Shown piece after piece: positions 1-9,000 of a stretch of 64,000 nucleotides of DNA. Origin of the DNA: an uncultured virus (IMG/VR IMGVR_UViG_3300033177_000001) (lineage: Duplodnaviria; Heunggongvirae; Uroviricota; Caudoviricetes); IMG/VR virus record IMGVR_UViG_3300033177_000001; one strand, 5' to 3'. Positions within the stretch are counted from its first letter, which is position 1, and the number at the start of each line of letters is the position of its first letter. Position numbers and translations under genes: made by a program. The notes beneath the pieces are model-generated. The model saw nothing but the letters and a program-made list of their open reading frames with translations, did not search any database and was not told the DNA's origin.

Positions 1-2
1 CT

Positions 3-3000
3 GTGCAGCAGGAGGCCGTTAATGCGCCTTCTCAGCTGCTTGATCGGATACTTGCCGAACCGACGATCAACAAGCGGATTGAGATCATTGACGGAGCGAC
101 GAAGGAAGAACTTGTTTCGGCGCTGGCGTCCAGAGGCAAGGAGTTCAAACCGAACGCCGGAGCGGGAATGCTGCGGTCGCATTTGAAGCGGGCTGTGGCG
201 CTTGAGGGTATGAAGGGCGCTGATGTGCAGAAGTTCGCCAAGCAGAACGGGCTGAAGGTCGGGAAGATGAAGAAGGGCGACGTGAGCAACGCGGTGCTGG
301 ATATGGTCGCCCCTCGACGTGGTGAAGATGTGGACGCCAATCCGTTCGGCGTGAAGGCTATTGTCGTCGATCCTCGAAAGGGGACGGGGCTTGAGGCTGT
401 GGTTGAGGCGACGCAGGCATCTGAACCGTCCGTTAAGATGGATACTCAAGATGGTGTAGAATCAGAACAAAGCGAGAGTGCTAAAGAAGCATGGCGCGTT
501 CGCAGGGATGATTGGGTGGATGGAAGATATCGCTCGCCCGGAATGCACAGATACGCAGTACAGCAGGCGCTTGAGAAGGGCGAAAATGTTCCTGCCGAAG
601 TATTGTCCGATTATCCCGAGTTCATGACGAGTAAGATTCAGATTCCCGAATTGATTGATAAAGGTGTAGAATTGAGCAACGAGGAGGTGGGCGTCGATGA
701 CGGAGCAGGAGATGACGCAGGAAACGCTGGACTTCTGGCGGAGGGAGTATCCGGAGAAATTCAAGACGATACCGAAGGAAGGGGCGATGAGGCAGGCGAG
801 AGCACGCGCCAGCCTGACGCGGATGGAGATGGACGCGCTGAAGCGGGTGAATCCGAATCTGACGGACGAGATGGCGTGGTCGGAGTCGAGACACCTGTTC
901 TGCATGAAGAGTCCGGAGACGGACGGGGAGGAAGTCGTCCTCGATCCGGAGACGGAGGACGCGTTCAAGAGTCTGTGGGGGAACAGAGGGAGGAATCTGC
1001 CCCCGCACCTTCAAGACCTGGACAATCGCCTGAAGCAGTTGAAGAGACGACAAGAAGCGGAGCGAAGCGAGACGGCAAGCGAAGCGGAATAACGGAAATT
1101 GCCGGGGAGAACCCCGGCAATTTTGTTATCGGGCCTGACTTCGCTCTCGGCGAAGGGACGGACGCCGAGAAGATTCAGCGGAACGTCGATGCGTTGAAGG
1201 TGCTGAAACGCGTCAAGAACGAGAACCGTTTCCCGACGCGCGATGAGCAGTCCGTTATGGCGCGGTATGTAGGATGGGGCGGGCTTCCCGGTGTATTCGA
1301 CCCGAAGAACGCGAATGCGAACACGATGTTTGGGAAGGCGCAGCGGGAACTGAGTGCGCTTCTGACGCAGGAAGAGTATAACTCCGCGGCTATTTCGACG
1401 CAGAATGCACATTACACGTCGAGATGCGTGGTGGATGCGATGTGGAGAATGGTGCGGCATTTCGGATTCAAAGGCGGTCGCGTGCTGGAGCCGACGGTGG
1501 GTGTGGGGAACTTTCTCGGGTTGCAGCCTACCGACATGGCGGCCTCTACCGAGTGGCACGCTTCTGAACTGGATGCCGTTTCGGGCGAGCTTGCTGCGAT
1601 GCTCTATCCGGACGCGCATATTCTGGCGGCCAAGGGTTTCGAGGACGCCGCATTCGCTGACGGGGCGTTCGATCTGGCGATAGGCAATCCGCCGTTCGGT
1701 GCTATGCCGATTCATGGTGGATTGAAGAAGCATTTGAGCGGGATGAAAATTCACAACTACATCATCTCGAAGTCGGGAGAGCATCTTCGCCCCGGCGGAG
1801 TGATGATGATGGTAGTGACGCATCGCTTTCTCGATACGGAAAACGCGGAGGCTCGGTCGCATCTTGCAAAGCAGTTCAAGTTCCTTGGAGCGGTGCGGCT
1901 TCCGAACGATGCGTTCAAGAAGAATGCGGGAACGGAAGTTGTAACGGATATCATCATGCTGCAAAAGCTGCGTCCGGGGGAAGAGGCGGATATGGGCGCG
2001 GCATGGCTGGATGTGAACGGGTCCATAGACGTCGACGGGAACGCCGTTCGCGTCAACAGGTATTACGAAGAACACCCCTCCCATATTCTAGGAAGGTCGG
2101 CGACGGACGGGAAGATGTACGCTCGCGGGGCGGGGAACGAGTACACCGTCCACAGCGACGGACGCGATGTGGCTAAGTCCATCGACGATCTGATAGCGAC
2201 GGATTTTGTCAACCTTTCCGGGATTCTGACGCCGACAAACGCCGACTTGAACCTTGGAGCGGCGATGCTGGAGAGAAGTTCGCTTCCGATTGGGGGACTG
2301 CTTCTGGACGCGAATGGACGCGTCCTTCGCCGGGAGATGAACGACGACGCAGGAAACGCGGTAATCGAAGAAATTACCGCTGAAACACTCTGGAAGGACA
2401 AGGCGAGGGAGTGGGAGGCTGTCGTGGATGTTCTTAGGGATATCCGGGACAAGAATCTCAAGGGCGACGTGTACGGTGTTCTGGAACCAAACATCGCCGT
2501 AGCTTATCAGACGGACGGAGAGAAGTACGCAAGTCCGGATAAGTATGTGGAAGCCCTTTACAGAATCGTCGATGCCGCAAAGGAAGGCGAGTTTGAGTGG
2601 CGCTTCGACGACGAGTTCAACAAGATTGAAGCTGCGTATCGCAGGAAGCAGTTGGGCGAGAAGGGGCTTGAGCGCCTCAAGGGGATGCTCGATCTGCGGA
2701 ACCGCGTTCTCGCTCTGAACGCGGCGGAGCTTTCGGACGCGCCAAACATCGAAACGCTGCGCGCCGATTTGAATAAGGCGTATGACGCATTCGTCAAGAA
2801 GTTCGGGTTCATCAACAATCCCAACAACATCGGTCTGCTGGAGATGGATATCGGGCCGGAATCCGGGCTTGAGTCCTCGTATAAGAAGGGGATGGGTAAG
2901 GAAGCCGCCAAGAAGTACGGGGAGACGAAAGCTATCCCGGACAGCGCGACGAAGGCGGACATCTTCTTTACGCGGGTGAACTATCCGGTGAAGGAAATAA

Positions 3001-6000
3001 CATCGGCGGACAATCCGGCTGACGCTCTGAAGATTTCCCTTTCGGAGCGCGGCATGGTGGATGTTGCCTATATGGCGAAGCTGACGAATCAGCCTGCGGA
3101 CAAGGTGCTGGACGAGCTTATGTCCGGGGATAATCCGCAGGTGTTCCTTAATCCGGAGACGAACGACTACGAACATGCCGATGCGTATCTCTCCGGGAAT
3201 GTCAAGAAGAAGCTGGAAGAGGCGATTATCGCCGGAGACGAACGAAACATAACGGCGCTTCGCAGGGTGCAGCCGGAACCGAAAACGGCCCGGCAGATCA
3301 CACCAAGCATCAGAAGCGCGTGGATTCCGGAGAGCGTTTTCGTGGAATTTCTTGAAGCTCTCGGCGGGCAGGGAGTGACTGTCACGGTGTCTCCTTCGGT
3401 AGGGCGCGTGGACGCAAGTATCGCAAGATACGGGCATACGCCGTTCGGCGAGATTTACACGAACAGAGACGGAAAATCCATAGAAGACTTGTTCAACAGC
3501 GTGGCCGCCGGGAGGAGCATCGAGGTGACGAAGAAAGATTCCGACGGGAAGACCGTTTCGGACCCGGAAGGTTCGGAGAGAATGAACACGCTTGCCAGAA
3601 GGATGGGGCAGGACTTCGAGCGGTGGGCCTTTTCGGACGAGGATCGCACGAAGACGATAGTGGACGCCTTCAACGAAAAGATGAACACGCACGTGAGGCG
3701 CAAGTTCGACGGAGTTTCGTATCTGAATACCGTGGGACTGACGCCTTCGCTGAAACTTCGAAACGCGCAGAAGAACGCCGCGTGGAGAATGATTCAGTCC
3801 AGGACGATGTTGCACGATCATGTTGTCGGGCTTGGGAAGACGTTCTCGAATATCGTGGGCGTGATGGAGCGGAAGCGTTTGGGACTTTCGAGGAAACCGC
3901 TGATAGTGGTGCCGAATCACCTTGTTATACAGTGGGCGTCCGACTTCTATAAGGCATATCCGAATGCGAAGATTCTTGCGGCCACCAAAGATGATTTTTC
4001 GAAGAAAAACAGACGGAAACTCTTCGCGCGGATGGCGACGGGGAATTTCGATGCGATTATCGTAGGGCACTCGTCGTTTGAGTTTATAGCGCAGCCGGAC
4101 GCCGACGCCGTAAGTGTCATGCGGGAGCAGGTGGCCTTGCTTCGGACGGCGCTTGAAGAGGCGAAGATGGGAGACGGAGCGGCTTCGAAGCGCACCGTGA
4201 AAGCCATCAACAACAAGATAGAGACATACGAAAGAAAGATAAAGGAGCGGCTTGATAAAGCCGGAGAGAAGAGCGATAGAATAGGGAACGATGAGTATTC
4301 CCTTGACTTCAAGACGCTCGGTATCGACTACCTAGTAGTGGACGAAGCGCATGAGTTTAAGAACCTCGAATATGCGACGATGATGGACGATGTAGTTGGA
4401 ATGAACCCCACCACCGGTTCGGCGAAGGCGTTCGATCTGTACGTAAAGGTTCGCGGTCTGCTTGAACGGGGGGGCGGCGTGTCGTTCGCCACAGGGACGC
4501 CGGTGTCGAACAGCCTCGTTGAGATTTACACGATGATGAAGTATCTCGCATACGACGAGTTGAAAGATCGCAACCAGCTTTTCTATGATGCGTGGGCGGG
4601 GGCGTATGTGCAGACGGAGACACGCGCCGAGTACACTCCGGCGCAGACGCTGAAGATGCGGAACGTCCTTTCGGGGTTGACGAATCTCTCTTCCTTGCAG
4701 CAGTTGTACCAGCAGTTCGCGGACAGTATCACTCTGGACAAGTTGAAGGAGATTTACCGCGAGGAGATGGAGGAACGCAACAGGGTCAGCGGGGAGAACG
4801 AGAGGACGGAGTTCCCCGTGCCGAAGGTGAAGGGCGGGAAGAGGAAGCTTTTCGTCATTCCGGAGTCGGAGAATCAGCGGCTTGTGAACGAATGGCTTGT
4901 CACTCGGATGGAGAATATGGACCCGAAGGACATGAAGAGCGACAACATGCTGTACGTGATGAACGACGGGCGTAAGGCGGCGCTGGATATCAGGCTGCTG
5001 CTGCCGCACAGTGAACGGGACGAGAACGGCAAGGTTGCGCAGGCCGCGAGGGAAATCAAGCGCATTTACGACGAGTGGAACGATAAGCGCGGGACGCAGC
5101 TCGTCTTCTGTGACATGAGCACGCCGACGAAGTATGCCGAAGGAAAGGCACGGGAGGTGCTTGTGAAGGGGCTTTCTTTCCTCCACGGAGAGAAGAAGGC
5201 CAGGGAGATTGTCAAGGCGGCTGCCAAGCGGCAGAACATCGCCCGCGAAAGCAGGGAAGCGCAGACTGTCGGCGAATTTGAGCGGTTGTGGGAAGGGACT
5301 CGCGGACAGCTTGTCCAGATGGCGCTTTCGGATACGGCGATAAACGGGCTTGCGAAGATCAATCTGATGGAGTTCCTTGAGAAGAACGACAACATCGACA
5401 CGACAATGCAGATGGCGGACGTTGGGTTCTCGGTGTACGACGATCTGCGCAAGGTTCTGAACGAGGAATACGGAATCCCTCTGGCTGAGATCGAGTTTAT
5501 TCACGACTTCGAAAAAGACGAGCAGAAGGACGAACTTTTCAAGAAGGTACAGCGCGGGCTTGTTCGCGTGCTTGTAGGCTCTTCGTCGAAGATGGGGGCC
5601 GGGATGAACGTGCAGAACAAGTTGGTGGCGCTGCATCATCTGGACTCGCCGTGGCGGCCTTCGGATATCGAACAGCGAGAGGGGCGCATAATCCGGCAGG
5701 GGAACGAGTTCTACAACGCGGACCCGGACGGGTTCGAGGTGGAGATTATTGCCTATTCTGCACAAGCGAGCAACGACGCCGTGATGTGGCAGATTTTGGA
5801 GCGCAAGGCCGCAGGAATAGAGCAGTTCCGCTCCGGAGAGGATATCGACGTAATCAAGGAGAGTTCTTCCGACTCCGACCAGTTCGCCGACGCAAAAACA
5901 TCGTCTACCGGGAACCCGGTGTACAAGCAGGAGCTTGAGGCTCGCAGGGCCTATTCCGAGGCGCAGGCAAGCAGTTCGGGAAAGCTGACGGCACATTCGA

Positions 6001-9000
6001 ACGCCGTGAATTTTTTGAAGAGATATGACGAGGAAAAAGCGAGACTCGAAAAGAAGCTGGGTGCGGTTTCCAAGATCGACGAATCTCACGAGGATGCGGC
6101 GCGTGGTAAGAGTGTTATGGCTGAGATCGAAGCATCGTACAAGAAGGAGCGCGCCGAGTGGGAAGTGGTGAAAGGAGAGGCTGAGGCGGCGATTGCTGTG
6201 TGGCAGGACGCGCCCCAAAAGACTCGTGGAAAGAAGCCGGAGATACCGAGACAACCGCGAGAAGCGAACATCCTGCGCGAAGAGGCGCAGAAGGAACTGC
6301 CCTACGCTCGAAGGACGAAGAAAGCCCTTGACGATATGCTCGAAATTCAGGGAGCGGAAGGAAAAAGGCGTGTCATCCGGTTCGGGAAGGACTTCGAAAT
6401 CATCTTCGAAAGGGAAGAGAGCCCGCGCACCGGGACGAACCTGTACGATTGGAATATCACTTTTCAGAAGAACGGGGTCGTGCTGGCGAAAGAGAAGTAC
6501 GCACTTGCCGATCCGAGGAAGTCTCCATCGTTTCTTCGGACGCTTGATCCGCGCAACATTATTCGTATGGCAAAAAGTTCTGCGGAGAATACCAGAATGG
6601 CTTTGGAGGAACTGTCTCGCAAGAAGACGGTAAGCGAGCAGGTGGCGATGACGACACCCTCCACGGAGGATGTTGACAGGGCGAGAAACGTCTGGGAGTG
6701 GTACAAGGCGCAGGTGGCTTTCGCCGAGCATCGGGCCGACACGTTTCGAAACGACGATGCGCCGAACATCTTTATCGACAGGGATAAGCGCGGGCTTGAG
6801 CGCCGCCGCAGCAGAGGTCTTGGAGATACGGGAACAGTTGTCGTCGATGAGATCGAGTATGTCCTGACGGGGATACATGATAATGTCGAGACTGTCGCCT
6901 CGGGGATGATCCCTATGTTCGACGCGGTGCGAGTGCACGACAATTTGCCGGTGATTCTGTCCTCCGATGAAAAGCGCGGCTTCTACGTTGTTATGGAGCA
7001 GCCCGCCTCCCTGCGCGAAGGCGGGGAGGAGACGCTGTATCAGATGGAGGATACCGACGCCGACTACCTCGCCGCCGTGGAAGCTGGCGACATGGAGACG
7101 GCGCAGCGGATGGTGGATGAGGCGCTTGCAGAAACAATCGAATCACTTCCTGTTTCTTCAAACGAAGAGCCGGTTCCGAATACCGATTCCATTGCAGCGT
7201 CATTGTCGGATTACAAGACATTCGGAGTGCGCGAGATTCCAATCGGATTCCTGATTGATGCGGACAACGCGAGTATGCCGACATATTTTGTTGGTGGTAA
7301 AGAAAACACGCTCCGGCTTGCCGACTCCATAGAACGAGAAGGGGTAAAGTCTCCCATGATTCTTGTTTGGGAGAACGAGCGATATCCCTACGTTCTTGAA
7401 GGTTCTACAAGATATGATGCGTTGCGGGTATTGGCGGCGCAGAAACGGAGGCTTCCCGATACGGTTTCGGCTCTCGTTGTAGTGGATGAATCCGCAGACC
7501 CCGTCACCTACGACGACTCCGGCAACGTGATTCCTCTTTCGCAGAGATTCGACGCGGGGAACGAGGATGTGCGGTATCAGCGCAGGTTGACGCCGAAGTC
7601 CGGCTCCTACCGCGATAATCTGAAGAAGGACGCCGCCGAGTTCGCCGTTGCGGTGGATGATACCGTTTCCGGGAAGGGGCAGCCCGATTCTTATGTGAAC
7701 GTGATGACGACTCCGCTTGTGCTGAGTCTTGTCGGAGCGGATGTGCTGCCGGTGCAAATGCGCAGGCAAAAGCTGCTTGATGTGATGAACAAACATGGGT
7801 TGTCTTCGGATGTGTTGAAGAAGATTCCCGCGGCGCTGGCCGATCCGATAATGGTGTTCAAGTCCGATCTGAAGGCGAAGGGGGAAAGTCTCGTCGTCAT
7901 GCTTGATTTGACCGACGACGACGGGGCGACTATTATCGCCGCGCTTCATCTCGATGTTGTCCCGGGGCGGAATATGTACGCCATGAATCGTCTTGCCAGT
8001 GTGTACGGCAAGAAAGATGCGGTGGAAAACAGGGACGCATGGTTTGTGGAGCAGATAGAAAAGGGCAACGCGAAATATATCAACAAAAAGAAAAGCTCCC
8101 AATGGTTTGGCCGGGCCAGCTTCTTCTTCACTGGGGGTGCAAACCTTGAGAGCTTTATTACACAGAGTGTAGCAACAGAAGCCGATCTTGTCAAGCTGAG
8201 AAATGCCTACCCAGGATATTATCAGGGGGAGGGCGCGGAGGCGAAGGGGAGTATCACCTTCCGTCGCGGGACGGACGCTCGCCCGGAGATACGTCTGTTC
8301 GAGAACGCGGACGCTTCGACGTTCATGCACGAGGCGATGCACTTCTTCGTGGACGATCTGCTGCGGCAGATGAATACGGGGAAGGCGAGCGATGAGACGC
8401 GCGCTCTGTATCGGCAGTTGAACAACGTGGCGAACGTGACGCGGGATAAGAACAAGAATCTTATTCTCGCGGAGAAGGAGCATGAGAAGCTGGCCGTGGG
8501 CTTCGAGGCGTATCTGGAGCGCGGCGTCGCGCCGAAGGGCGCGAAGGGGTTGCAGGGCGTTTTCGAGAAGTTCAAGCAGTGGTTGAAGGAACTCTTCTCG
8601 TTCGCCAGAAGCAACAATGTAAAAATGTCGGATGCGTTGGTGAGCTTCTACGACACGATGCTGACGACGCCGGAGGAGCGCGCTGCGGCTGAGAACGTCA
8701 AGGTCGAAGAGAGCGTCGGGACAATCGAAGCCGCCGAAGTTGAAGCCGACGTGAACGAAGGAGTTGAGACGGTCGAGGCGGAGGTTGTTGGGGAAGATGA
8801 GACGATCAACTTCGCCTCTACCGAAGGCGAGAAGGAGCTTGCGGGGCAGCCGAGGGCGTGGGAGGCCCCGCGTCCGTCGATGAATCCGGAGGCGCGCGCG
8901 CTCGGGTTGCGGAGAATCCGCGATCTGGTGAAAAGGCTCGTTCCGTGGCGATTCGGGAATACGGAGGATCGCACCGGCGTGTACAGCGAGCGGGAAAAGC

